DNA of 64,000 nt, taken from contig CAVVPN010000009.1 in the NCBI GenBank assembly GCA_963750165.1, forward strand, positions 32,001 to 96,000, in the 5' to 3' direction. This document shows, piece after piece, positions 34,476 through 45,592 of the stretch. Position numbers and translations under genes: made by a program. The number at the start of each line of letters is the position of its first letter. Positions within the stretch are counted from its first letter, which is position 1. The notes beneath the pieces were generated by a model. It was given only the letters and a program-made list of their open reading frames with translations. It did not search any database and had not been told where the DNA came from. This stretch comes from an uncultured Gemmataceae bacterium. GTDB lineage: Bacteria > Planctomycetota > Planctomycetia > Gemmatales > Gemmataceae.

Positions 34476-35189
34476 ATGAAAGCGGAACACCGTAAAGAGC
34501 TGCAGACGAACATCCTGGCCGACCGCATGGGCCGCATGCTCGATACCGTCAAGACCCGGCCCAGCCGTCGCGGCGTCCTGCTCGTACTCCTTATCCTCGT
34601 CGTCATCGTGGGCGGCGGCATTGCTTATGTGGTCTACCAGGGTGGCATCAACGACAACCGCCAGCGCTGGGTTGAGTTTGACAAGACGGTCGATTTCAAG
34701 ACCCTGCAGGACGTCGCCAAGGACTACGAGAAGACGAATCAGGGCAAGGCCGCTCGCGCCCAGATCGCCTGGGTGCGGCTGTGGGAACTGGGCATCAAAC
34801 GCATGGGCATCGACACCAACGGCGGCGTGAACGAGGTCGTCGCCGCCAAGGAGATGTTCAGCCAGCTCGCCGACGACTGCAAGGACGATCCCGTGCTCGG
34901 CGCCGAGGCGGTGTACGCCATCGCCGTCTGCGAGGAAACCCTGGCCTGCAGCGCCCAGGTCAGCGTCAAGGCCCAGCTCGACCAGGCCCTCAAGGCGTAC
35001 CGCCGCGTTGTGGACGAGCACGAGAAGAGCGGCTACGCCATCAAGGCCGCCGAGCGCATCAAGCTGTTTGAAAGCGAAAACGAACGCGAACTCATCACCC
35101 GGTTCTACGAGCAGATCCAGACGGACGCCAACCGGCTGAAGATGTTCCACGAGCAACTCGGCCCCCTCATGAAACAGCCGAGGAAATAA
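34476..35189 (+). CDS. Hypothetical membrane-anchored helical protein
   Basis: MKAEHRKELQTN, one TM segment, TPR-like helices. Confidence 0.75.
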   Translation: MKAEHRKELQTNILADRMGRMLDTVKTRPSRRGVLLVLLILVVIVGGGIAYVVYQGGINDNRQRWVEFDKTVDFKTLQDVAKDYEKTNQGKAARAQIAWVRLWELGIKRMGIDTNGGVNEVVAAKEMFSQLADDCKDDPVLGAEAVYAIAVCEETLACSAQVSVKAQLDQALKAYRRVVDEHEKSGYAIKAAERIKLFESENERELITRFYEQIQTDANRLKMFHEQLGPLMKQPRK

Positions 35190-35238
35190 CCGGACACCCG
35201 GGTCCCGCCGGGGGACCGGCCTGGCGCTGAGGTCCCTC

Positions 35239-36276
35239 ATGTCCGTGCCAACGTCCCTGTCCGACGAGGCCCTGCCGGAGCCGACGCTGCCCCGCCTGCT
35301 CGATCTGGCGGTTGGGCGCAAGGGCGAGGGCCTGCGCCTCGACCAGTACATCGTCGGCCAGGTGCCCGACTTCAGCCGCTCCAACATCCAGAAGGCCATC
35401 GACGCCAGCCAGGTGACCGTCAACGGTGCCACCGCCAAGGCCAGCTACAAGGTGCGCGCCGGCGACATGGTGCGCGTCCAGCTACCAGAGCCGACCCACC
35501 CGCTGCCGGTGCCCGAGGACATCCCGCTGGAAGTCCTTTACGAGGACGACTACCTGGCGCTGATTAACAAGCCGCCGGACATGGTGGTGCATCCGGCCAA
35601 GGGCCACTGGTCGGGCACGCTGGTCAACGCGCTGCAGTTCCGCTTCAGCCACCTGAGCAACGCCAACGGCGACTATCGGCCCGGCATCGTCCACCGCCTC
35701 GACCGCGACACCAGCGGCGTCATCCTCGTGGCCAAGGAGGAGCGGACGCACCGCGAACTGAGCGCCCAGTTCGAGAACCGCAAAATATTCAAGGAATACG
35801 TCGCCATCACGCATGGGGTGCTGGAGCGCGACAGCGACTACATCGAGCGGCGCATCGGCCATCACAAGTTCGACCGCGTCAAGATGGCGGTAACCGATGA
35901 AGAGGACGACGGCAAGGAGGCGTGCAGTTTTTACGAGGTGCTGGAGCGCTTCGCCGGCTACACGCTGGTGAAGATCAGCCCGCGGACGGGGCGGACACAC
36001 CAGATTCGCGTCCATCTGGCGAGCGTTGACTGTCCGGTGCTGGCGGACAAGGTGTACAGCGGCCGCGATGTGCTGCGGCTATCGGACCTGGTGCCGGACG
36101 TGGGCCACGATGAGGTGCTGATGCCGCGGCAGGCGCTGCATGCGTATCGGCTGCGCTTCCTGCACCCGCGGTTGCGCGAGGTGATCGCGGCGACGGCGCC
36201 GCTGCCGGTGGATTTTCAGCGCACACTGGCGGCGCTGCGGCAGTATCGTAGCGACGGGCGCCCTGCCTGTCGCTGA
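35239..36276 (+). CDS. RluA-family pseudouridine synthase (RluD-like)
   Basis: S4 domain, RPGIVHRLDRDTSG, TGRTHQIRVH, QALHA. Confidence 0.92.
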   Translation: MSVPTSLSDEALPEPTLPRLLDLAVGRKGEGLRLDQYIVGQVPDFSRSNIQKAIDASQVTVNGATAKASYKVRAGDMVRVQLPEPTHPLPVPEDIPLEVLYEDDYLALINKPPDMVVHPAKGHWSGTLVNALQFRFSHLSNANGDYRPGIVHRLDRDTSGVILVAKEERTHRELSAQFENRKIFKEYVAITHGVLERDSDYIERRIGHHKFDRVKMAVTDEEDDGKEACSFYEVLERFAGYTLVKISPRTGRTHQIRVHLASVDCPVLADKVYSGRDVLRLSDLVPDVGHDEVLMPRQALHAYRLRFLHPRLREVIAATAPLPVDFQRTLAALRQYRSDGRPACR

Positions 36277-36310
36277 TGGGGGTTGCGACAGGCGAGCCGC
36301 CCGTCGCTAC
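36248..36310. repeat. GTAG-type REP doublet overlapping the RluA-family 3' end
   Basis: GTAGCGACGGGCG..GCCTGTCGC ... GCGACAGGC..CGCCCGTCGCTAC. Confidence 0.75.
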
Positions 36311-36322
36311 GGAGGGACGACG

Positions 36323-36816
36323 ATGACCAGGACCGACATGCGCGAGTGGCTGGAGTTCGCCCGGCGCAAGACGTTGGAGCTGCTCGACGCCATCGCGACG
36401 CGGCCGGACGCGGTGGCCGTGCTGAAGTGGCGGCCCGGCCCGGGACGGGCGCACATCGCCTGGCAGCTGATGCACCTGGCCGCGACGGACGACCGCCACC
36501 TCAACGTGCGCATGGGCGGCGGCGAACCCAGCGCACCGACCTCGTGAAGCGCTTCGCCGGCGGCAGCGTCCCCGACGACGCGGTGCCCGAGCTGGCGGAC
36601 ATCCGCCGCTATCTGACCGAACGCCGCGCCGCCCTGCTGGAGCATCTGCAAAGCCTCGACGACGGCCAGCTGGAGCAGAAGCCGAACGCCGCGGCGCCGT
36701 GGACGTACCGCGAGTGGGTCAAGGTGCTCACCTGGCACGAGGCGCACCACCAGGGGCAGGCGCACCTGACGTTCAACCTGTACCGTGCCGCCCACGACGT
36801 GCCGGCGCAACCGTGA
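36323..36816 (+). CDS. DinB-family protein (frameshift near 36536)
   Basis: IAWQLMHLA ... WHEAHHQGQ. Confidence 0.8.
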
Positions 36817-36885
36817 CCGTTTTCTCCCTCGCCCTCTTCAGGGGCGAGGGGAGCAAGAAACTGCACCCCGAGCGACCGCACGATC

Positions 36886-38756
36886 ATGGTGAGCCCAGTC
36901 CTGTATCAGGAAATGCTGCTCGGCAGCCGGCGGAACCGCCAGTATCTGTTCCGCTGGGCCTACGCCGTGCTGCTACTGATCGAACTGGCCATCTTCCTGA
37001 TCGGCTACATGATCTGGACGGCCGGCTTCCCGGGCCTGCGTCGCCTGCCGAGTTTCACCGAGTTCGCGAACTTCGCCCGCACCTATCTCGAACTGATCGT
37101 CGCCCAGCACTTCATCCTGCTGGTGCTGGTGACGCCGACCGTTACCGCCGGCGCCATCACCGATGAGAAGCAGCGCGGCACCCTGCAATACCTGCTGACG
37201 GCGGACCTGCGCCCGGGCGAGATCGTCCTGGGCAAGCTGCTCGGCCGCAGCTTTCAGGTGCTGCTGCTGACGCTGACGGCCCTGCCGCTGCTGGGGTTTC
37301 TTGGGGTCTATGCCGGGGTGGACGGCCTGAAGTTCCTGGCGCTGGCGGCGGCGACGCTGGTGATGATCTTTGCGCTGGGCTCGGTCAGCCTGCTGGCGTC
37401 GGTGCTGTGCCGCCACACCCGCGACGCGGTGCTCAGCCTGTACTCGCTCGGTCTGGGCCTGGTGGTGCTGGCCACGGCGGTGAACGCGCTGCTGGAGGTG
37501 CTCGGCGGCGTCAGCCGCGACGCTGGCCCGGCGTGGTTGCGCGGCGTGGCGACGGTGCTGGACGCCTTCAATCCACTGCAGCCGCTCGGCTCCGACTGGC
37601 TGAGCGCCAGCCCGACCGAGATCGGCCAGCGTCTGCTGGCGCTGCTGTACACCTGGGGCCTGCTCGGCAGCGTCTGTTTGACGGCGGCAGTGTTGCGGCT
37701 GCGCGGCGCCTACCTGAGCTACCTGCAGGGGGCCGAGCGCAAGAAGCCGCGCTGGTGGCGCGCGGGCGCGCCCGCCTGGGTGACGACCCGCTCACCTGGA
37801 AGGAGCGGCACGTCGAGGGCATCGCGCCGCTGGCGGTGCTGCGCGGGCTGCCGCGCTGGCTCGGCATCGTCCTGGTGGCGGTGCTGACGACCGTGTGGGC
37901 GGTGATCCTGCTGGTCGCCAACATGAAGAGCGGCGACTCGTTCGCGTCCCTGGGGCGGCTGGTGGTCGCCGCGGACTGGATGGGGCTGGTGGCCGCCGCG
38001 CAGTCCATCGACCAGGGGGCTGCTGCTCACCAGTTTTACTGGCACTTCGGGCTGCCGGTGATGCTGGTGGCGAGCCTGGTGGTCGGCATCCGCTGCAGCG
38101 GCGCGGTGACCGGCGAGCGCGAAAAACAGACGTGGGAGGCTCTGCTGCTGACGCCGCTGGAGACGCGGCAATTGATCCGCGGCAAATTCTGGGGCATCTG
38201 CGGCGCGACCTGGCCGTACCTGCTGGCCTACGCGGTGCCAGCGCTGCTGCTGTCGGCGGTGGGCGGGCTTGGGGCGTTTCTGTGGACGCTGCTGTGGCTG
38301 GGCGTGACAGTGCTGGCGATGGCGTTCGTCGGCGGCGCGGGACTGTGGTGCAGCGTGCGTTCGTCGAGTTCGTGGCGCAGCCTGCTCGCGACGCTCGGCT
38401 TCGCCTACGGCGGTGGTCTGCTGCTGTTCTGCATCGCCTCACCGGTGGTGCTGATCGTGTCGCTGCTCATCACGTTCATGCTGGCGCTGTTCGACATGCT
38501 GATGGGCACGAGCGCGGCGATGGCGTTCGGCCGCTTTCAGGAGGCGTTCAACGTCTCGATGTGCGTGACGCTGGCGGGCATCTTCGTGTTCCTGGCCTGG
38601 CGGCTGGTGGTGTCGGCGGAGTACCGCGTCGGCGTGCTGGAGCGCACCAAGCACTGGAAGCACGAGCCGCGCCAGCTCCATGGCCGGCGGCCGTACCCCA
38701 TCGCGCGGCCAGCCTCACGCAGTCGCCGTTATGAGGACGAGGACGACGATTACTGA
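36886..38756 (+). CDS. ABC-2 type transporter permease (duplicated; frameshift near 37765)
   Basis: AITDEKQRGTLQYLLT..IVLGK and AVTGEREKQTWEALLLT..IRGK. Confidence 0.82.
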
Positions 38757-38775
38757 GCCTGCCCCGGTGTCCGAC

Positions 38776-39426
38776 ATGGCCCCGCTGCGCGTCAAAATCT
38801 GCGGCATCACCAGCGTCGCCGACGCCAGCGCTGCTGCCGCGGCCGGCGCCGACGCCATCGGCCTCAACTTCTATCCGCCGTCGCCGCGCTGCGTCCCGCC
38901 CGAGATCGCCCGCGCCGTCCTCGACGCCCTGCCGCCGTTCGTCGATCCGGTCGCCCTGTACGTCAACGAACCGCTGGCCGTGCTGGCGGAGCGCTTGTCG
39001 GCGCTGGGCGGCGTTCGCACGGTGCAGTGGCACGGCGACCGGCCCGAGCCACCGCCCGCGTGGCCCTACCGCTACGTCCCCGCGTTTGCGGTGCCGGACG
39101 CGGCGGCGCTGGAACAGGTGCGCCGCTACCTCGACGGCTGCCGCGCACTGGGCCGGCTGCCCGCGGCGGTGCTGCTCGATGGCCACCAGCCCGGCGTCTA
39201 CGGCGGCACTGGCCGGCGGGCCGCGTGGGAGTTGCTCGCGGACATCGATCTGGGTGTGCCGTTGATCCTGGCGGGCGGGCTGACACCGGACAACGTCGCG
39301 GAGGCGGTGCGGCGGGTGCGGCCCTATGCGGTGGACGTGGCCGGCGGCGTCGAGGCGGCGCCCGGGGTGAAGGACGTGGAGAAAGTGCGGCGGTTTGTGG
39401 CGAACGCCCGGGCGGCGGCGGTTTGA
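38776..39426 (+). CDS. trpF: Phosphoribosylanthranilate isomerase
   Basis: VKICGIT, SPR, GGTG, LAGGLTPDNV, PGVKD. Confidence 0.93.
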   Translation: MAPLRVKICGITSVADASAAAAAGADAIGLNFYPPSPRCVPPEIARAVLDALPPFVDPVALYVNEPLAVLAERLSALGGVRTVQWHGDRPEPPPAWPYRYVPAFAVPDAAALEQVRRYLDGCRALGRLPAAVLLDGHQPGVYGGTGRRAAWELLADIDLGVPLILAGGLTPDNVAEAVRRVRPYAVDVAGGVEAAPGVKDVEKVRRFVANARAAAV

Positions 39427-39482
39427 ACCCTGGCGGCACCGGGAGCGTATGCGACGCTGGGCAGGGTGTGCCTCTGGATTGC

Positions 39483-39549
39483 GGCGAGCGGCGCGGCGTC
39501 AGCCCGCCGGTCTGTGCGTCACCGGCGGGCTGACGCCGCGCCGCTCGCC
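39483..39549. repeat. REP-like palindrome, family B
   Basis: GGCGAGCGGCGCGGCGTCAGCCCGCCGGT ... reverse complement; also at 60362 and 63293. Confidence 0.9.
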
Positions 39550-39701
39550 CCTCTTGAGGCGGGTCGTCTTGGCTTGCGTGAGCGGAATTGCTATCATTTC
39601 TCCATCTTAATGAAGGGTGGAGGACCCTACATTCTTGCCGGTGGCGGCCGCCCAGTCGGGGCGGTGTCGGGGGCCGGCGCTAACCCAGGAGCTGGAACGC
39701 A

Positions 39702-41149
<1,448 letters not shown>

Positions 41150-41167
41150 CACTCGACGTTCTTCTCA

Positions 41168-41215
41168 CCCCGTTTACGTTTCGCGCACGGAACGCCGCGC
41201 GAAACGTAAACGGGG
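41168..41215. repeat. REP-like palindrome, family C
   Basis: CCCCGTTTACGTTTCGCGC ... GCGCGAAACGTAAACGGGG; also at 49277. Confidence 0.85.
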
Positions 41216-41276
41216 ACAGGTGGAAACGGAACCCAGGGGACGCACGTGCGTCCCCTGTTGCGCTCTGGGGGGAGCG

Positions 41277-42287
41277 ATGAACGACGCCGACTTCCTGGCG
41301 GCGATCCGTGCCGCCCCGCACGACGCGGCGCCGCGGCTGGTCTACGCCGACTGGCTGGAGGAGCGCGGCGACCCACGGGCGGAGCTGATCCGCGTTGAAG
41401 AGGAGATGCGGCGGTTGCCGGTGTTCGCGGATCGCTACTGGGAGTTGAAGCCGCGGCGGGTGGAACTGCTCTCTCGAGCCTCCGCGGACTGGTTAGAGGC
41501 CCTGGGCTACAGCGGTTGGCGGCCGACTTTTCACCACGGCTTTCCCGACGGCTGGAAGGAGCGTTGGCGGTTGATCCGCGCATTCACGGAAGTGTGGCTC
41601 GGCATCCCGATGAATGACGTGGGCGGCCGGACGGCCGAGATTCAGGAGGTCGAAACGCGATTGCAGCGGCCACTGCCGTCGTCTGTCCGCGAATGGGTGG
41701 CGTACGTGCAGGACGTGGGTCCGGTGAGTTGGCTCCACGAACTGCGGGCTGGGAGCAGCATGACCGAGTTGGAAGGTCACGGCGCCGTGTCCCTGCTGAT
41801 CAATCCCGAATGGGATTATCACTGGGCGGTGCGTCACAAGCATCTGAGTTTCCCCGACCCGCCTGTATACGGCTATACCTGGGACATCGAGAACCCTAAC
41901 GTGGCGGCGCGGGAGTCGTTCGTCCCAGTTCAGCGCGGCCCGCAGGTCCAGAGAGTCACCGAGTTTACCCTGGATTACGTGATGGCTTACGCCGCTGGGG
42001 CGGGAGGCGGATTCGGGGCCGATGTGGAGGATTCGCGCCGCCTGATCGCGGACTTGAAGGCCGCATTCCCGATCCACGCCCGGTTCGGACAGACGGAGGT
42101 TTTTGAGAGGGAGAACGTGCTGGTTGTCCTGCCGCCGTGGAATCGACACATCGTCCAGCAGCTGAAAGTGGAAGTGTTCCGGCCGATGCCGCGCGAAGCA
42201 CTCCCAGCGTTTCTGCTGGAATACGCCGACGAATACCCGCCCAGTGAACCGCACCCGTGGATTGCGGATGATGAGATCCCGTTTTGA
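41277..42287 (+). CDS. TIGR02996-domain protein with SMI1/KNR4-like region
   Basis: FLAAIRAAPHD.APRLVYADWLEERGD; IQEVETRLQRPLPSSVREW. Confidence 0.82.
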   Translation: MNDADFLAAIRAAPHDAAPRLVYADWLEERGDPRAELIRVEEEMRRLPVFADRYWELKPRRVELLSRASADWLEALGYSGWRPTFHHGFPDGWKERWRLIRAFTEVWLGIPMNDVGGRTAEIQEVETRLQRPLPSSVREWVAYVQDVGPVSWLHELRAGSSMTELEGHGAVSLLINPEWDYHWAVRHKHLSFPDPPVYGYTWDIENPNVAARESFVPVQRGPQVQRVTEFTLDYVMAYAAGAGGGFGADVEDSRRLIADLKAAFPIHARFGQTEVFERENVLVVLPPWNRHIVQQLKVEVFRPMPREALPAFLLEYADEYPPSEPHPWIADDEIPF

Positions 42288-42313
42288 CCGGCATGAAAGT
42301 CGGAGGCCGACGC

Positions 42314-43072
42314 ATGGCGGACTGGCTCGAACAGTTGACGCATGAAGGCTACACCCTGCTGCTCGGCGTCCTCAACGCCGCCGAGGTGCAGGCGATCCGT
42401 GCCGCCTGCACCTCGGCGCTCGCCGACGCCGCCACCGACCGCGCCGTCCTCGCCGGCCACGGCGGCCAGCCCTACGGCGCCCGCAACCTCTTCCGCCTCT
42501 GGCCCGGCGTCCTCACCCTGGCCCGACACCCCGCGCTCGCGGCGGCGCTACGGCGTGTCCTCGGCCCGCGCGGCGGCCTGGTCCGCGGCCTCTACTTCGA
42601 CAAGCCGCCCGGCGACAGCTGGGCGCTGCCCTGGCACCGCGATCTGACCGTCGCGGTCCAGGCACACGGCCGCCAGGGCCGCTTCCTCCGGCCAACCACC
42701 AAGGCCGGCGTGCCGCACGTCGAGGCGCCCGCCGAGCTGCTCGCCACGCTGCTCACCGCCCGCATCCACCTGGACGACGTCACCGACCACAACGGCCCGC
42801 TGCGCGTCCTCCCCGGTTCGCACAACCCGGCGCATCCGGTGCAAGCCGACGACCGCGCCGCGGTCACGCTGACCTGCGCCGCCGGCGACGTGCTGCTGAT
42901 GCGGCCGCTGCTGCTGCACGCCAGCGGCCACAGCACCCCCGGCTGCGCCGCCCACCGCCGCATTGTCCACCTGGAGTGCGCCCCACCCCCCGAACTGTCC
43001 GACGGCTACGACTGGCACGACTTCCTTCCTCTGTACCAGCGAACGGAGTGCGACCCATGCGACGCGGCCTGA
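42314..43072 (+). CDS. Phytanoyl-CoA dioxygenase family protein
   Basis: WHRD, RIHLDD..NGPLRVLPGSH, LLHAS. Confidence 0.85.
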   Translation: MADWLEQLTHEGYTLLLGVLNAAEVQAIRAACTSALADAATDRAVLAGHGGQPYGARNLFRLWPGVLTLARHPALAAALRRVLGPRGGLVRGLYFDKPPGDSWALPWHRDLTVAVQAHGRQGRFLRPTTKAGVPHVEAPAELLATLLTARIHLDDVTDHNGPLRVLPGSHNPAHPVQADDRAAVTLTCAAGDVLLMRPLLLHASGHSTPGCAAHRRIVHLECAPPPELSDGYDWHDFLPLYQRTECDPCDAA

Positions 43073-43998
43073 TCCTCTGCGGATGTTTGCTCGCCCTGCT
43101 GACCGTCCAGACCCTGGGTGCCAACCAGGGCGAACCATCGTTCACACACAAGGCGGACGTGATCTACGGCCGCAAGCACGGCATGGCGCTGACGATGGAC
43201 GTGTTCACGCCGAAGGCCAACGCCAACGACGCCGGCGTCATCCTGGTCATCAGCGGCGGCTGGGTCTCGGCCCACAATCCGAACTTCGGGAAGAACCCGC
43301 TCGTGTCGGAACTGACCCGGCGCGGCTACACCGTCTTCGCGGTCGTTCACGGCAGTCAGCCGAAGTACACCATCCCCGAAATCCTTGAGGACATGCACCG
43401 GGCGGTGCGTTACATCCGCAGCCACGCCGCCGAGTACAAGATCGACCCGGACCGCATCGGCATCACTGGCGGCTCGGCGGGCGGTCACCTGTCGCTGATG
43501 CTGGGCACCGCCGGCAAGCCCGGCATTGCGAACGCCAGTGACCTCGTGAACCGGGCCTCCAGCCGGGTGCAGGCGGTCGCGTGCTTCTTCCCGCCGACCG
43601 ATTTCCTGAACTACGGCAAGGCCGGCGAGAACGCCCTGGGCCGCGGTGTGCTGAAGAATTTTTCGGCGCCGTTCGCGTTCCAGGAACTCGACCGCAAATT
43701 TGGCGGAACCGGCAAGTACGTGCTCATCACTGACGAGGCCAAAATCCTGGAGATCGGCAAGAAGATTTCGCCGATCAACCACGTCACCGCCGACGACGCC
43801 CCAACGCTCATCATTCACGGTGACAAGGATGTTCTGGTGCCGATCCAGCAAGCGGAGATCATCATCGCGAAATTCAAGGAAGTGGGCGTGCCCGCAGAGT
43901 TGCGCGTCAAGAAGGGCGCGGGCCACGGCTGGGCGGACATGGCGAAGGACATGCCGCGCATCGTGGACTGGTTCGACAAGCACCTCAAGAAGAAGTAA
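43057..43998 (+). CDS. Alpha/beta hydrolase
   Basis: Signal peptide, SGGW, GGSAG, HGDKD, GAGH. Confidence 0.88.
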   Translation: MRRGLILCGCLLALLTVQTLGANQGEPSFTHKADVIYGRKHGMALTMDVFTPKANANDAGVILVISGGWVSAHNPNFGKNPLVSELTRRGYTVFAVVHGSQPKYTIPEILEDMHRAVRYIRSHAAEYKIDPDRIGITGGSAGGHLSLMLGTAGKPGIANASDLVNRASSRVQAVACFFPPTDFLNYGKAGENALGRGVLKNFSAPFAFQELDRKFGGTGKYVLITDEAKILEIGKKISPINHVTADDAPTLIIHGDKDVLVPIQQAEIIIAKFKEVGVPAELRVKKGAGHGWADMAKDMPRIVDWFDKHLKKK

Positions 43999-44003
43999 GT
44001 CTC

Positions 44004-44065
44004 GTCCGAGCCCGAGCGCCAGCGCGGGGGCCAGCGCTGCCCCGCGCTGGCGCTCGGGCTCGGAC
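44004..44065. repeat. REP-like palindrome, family A
   Basis: GTCCGAGCCCGAGCGCCAGCGCGGGG ... CCCCGCGCTGGCGCTCGGGCTCGGAC. Confidence 0.9.
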
Positions 44066-44085
44066 CAGAGAACGAGGAGGCCGCC

Positions 44086-44574
44086 ATGCAGGTCAAGGTG
44101 TTCAACCGACAGGGCCAACTGGTCGGCCCGGTCGAGTCGCTGCGCGTCGAGAAGACCGACGCGGAGTGGCGCGCCCAACTGTCGCCCGAGCAGTATCACG
44201 TCGCCCGCGGCAAGGGCACCGAACGGCCCTACTGCGGCACCCTGCTCGACAACAAGCGTCAGGGCGTGTACAGCTGCGTCTGCTGTGGACTGCCGCTGTT
44301 CTCGTCGCAGGCGAAGTTCCACTCCGGCACCGGCTGGCCGAGCTTCTTCCAACCCGTCGCCGCGGAGAACGTCATCACACAGACGGACTCAAGCTACGGC
44401 ATGGTTCGCAGCGAAATCCTCTGCGCCCGCTGCGACTGCCACCTGGGCCACGTCTTCGAGGACGGCCCCGCGCCCACCGGGCTGCGCTTCTGCGTCAACT
44501 CGGAGTCGCTGACCTTCACCGACGAACAGGATCTGGCCCGGCTCGCCGACCCGTCCGCCGACGCGCCAGGCTAG
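44086..44574 (+). CDS. msrB: Peptide-methionine (R)-S-oxide reductase
   Basis: GTERP, SGTGWPSF, HLGHVF.DGP.PTGLRFCVNS. Confidence 0.95.
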   Translation: MQVKVFNRQGQLVGPVESLRVEKTDAEWRAQLSPEQYHVARGKGTERPYCGTLLDNKRQGVYSCVCCGLPLFSSQAKFHSGTGWPSFFQPVAAENVITQTDSSYGMVRSEILCARCDCHLGHVFEDGPAPTGLRFCVNSESLTFTDEQDLARLADPSADAPG

Positions 44575-44759
44575 CCGGTGTCAGACTGCCCCGGGGGCGG
44601 GCCTCCGCGCTCCTGGGGCAGCTTTTCCAGGCGCTGGCGGATTAACTTCAGATCCTTGTAGATGCCCCAGCCGAAGGCGAAGAGGACGCCCGTCATTCCG
44701 AAGAGAACTAACGTCATTCCAAGGAGCATGGGGATTAAATTGTAGATGGCCATTTCCAT
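44571..44759 (-). CDS. Small single-pass membrane protein
   Basis: GGAGG RBS, hydrophobic helix followed by a basic stretch. Confidence 0.5.
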   Translation of the reverse strand: MEMAIYNLIPMLLGMTLVLFGMTGVLFAFGWGIYKDLKLIRQRLEKLPQERGGPPPGQSDTG

Positions 44760-44931
44760 GGGTTCCTCCGTCGTCTACCGCAGCCGGGCTCTTGGAAAAG
44801 ATACTGTCTGGATTGTCGGGCCGAGGCCTGGTCCGCGTCAAACTATTTTTCGCAGTCCCAACGGCCCGAGACTGGGGTAAGATCAGGGTATCCGTTCGGG
44901 GAGTCGCCACGCGGTTGTGGGCCAGCGGATC

Positions 44932-45516
44932 ATGTCGGACACCTCGGCCAGCCTGCTCGAACGCCTGCGCGCCCAGCCCGACGGCGACGCCTGGCGGCGG
45001 CTCGTCAGCATCTACACGCCGCTGCTGCGCCAGTGGCTGGGGCGGCACGGCCTGCAACCCTCCGACGTGGACGATCTGACCCAGGACGTGCTCGCGGTGG
45101 TCGTGCGCGAGTTGCCGCAGTTCGAGCACAACCAGCGCACGGGGGCGTTCCGGCGCTGGCTGCGGACGATCCTGGTCAATCGCCTGCGCGGTTTCTGGCG
45201 GGCGCGGCAGTCTCGGCCGACCGTCGTCGGCAGCGACCTCGGCCCGGTGCTGGAGCAACTCGAAGACCCCGCCAGCGGCCTGAGCCAGTTGTGGGACCGG
45301 GAACACGACCGTCACGTCATGGGCCGGCTGCTGGAACTGATCGAGCCGCAGGTGACGCCGGCCACCTGGCAGGCTTTTCGCCGCGTCGTCCTGGAGGGCA
45401 AGAATGAGGAGGCGGTCGCGGCGGAACTCGGCCTGACGGTCAATGCGGTGTTCATCGCCAAGTCGCGGGTGCTGGCCCGGCTGCGGCACGAGGCCAAGGA
45501 GTTGATCGACCCCTAG
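44932..45516 (+). CDS. ECF sigma factor (kinase-associated planctomycete type)
   Basis: TSASLLERLR..AWRRLV.IYTP, DLTQDV, FRRWL, AKSRVLARLR. Confidence 0.9.
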   Translation: MSDTSASLLERLRAQPDGDAWRRLVSIYTPLLRQWLGRHGLQPSDVDDLTQDVLAVVVRELPQFEHNQRTGAFRRWLRTILVNRLRGFWRARQSRPTVVGSDLGPVLEQLEDPASGLSQLWDREHDRHVMGRLLELIEPQVTPATWQAFRRVVLEGKNEEAVAAELGLTVNAVFIAKSRVLARLRHEAKELIDP

Positions 45517-45592
45517 AAAATTTTGGTGAAAAGATTCGGCCCGTCGCGCACTCTAGTTATGACGCACATCGTTTCGACCGGGAGGCGGGACC

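Noticed and set aside
39600..39701. Possible SAH riboswitch upstream of ahcY
   Set aside because: I could not find the expected conserved GAGGAGCG/CCAGGC/CGCTC elements; needs an Infernal search.
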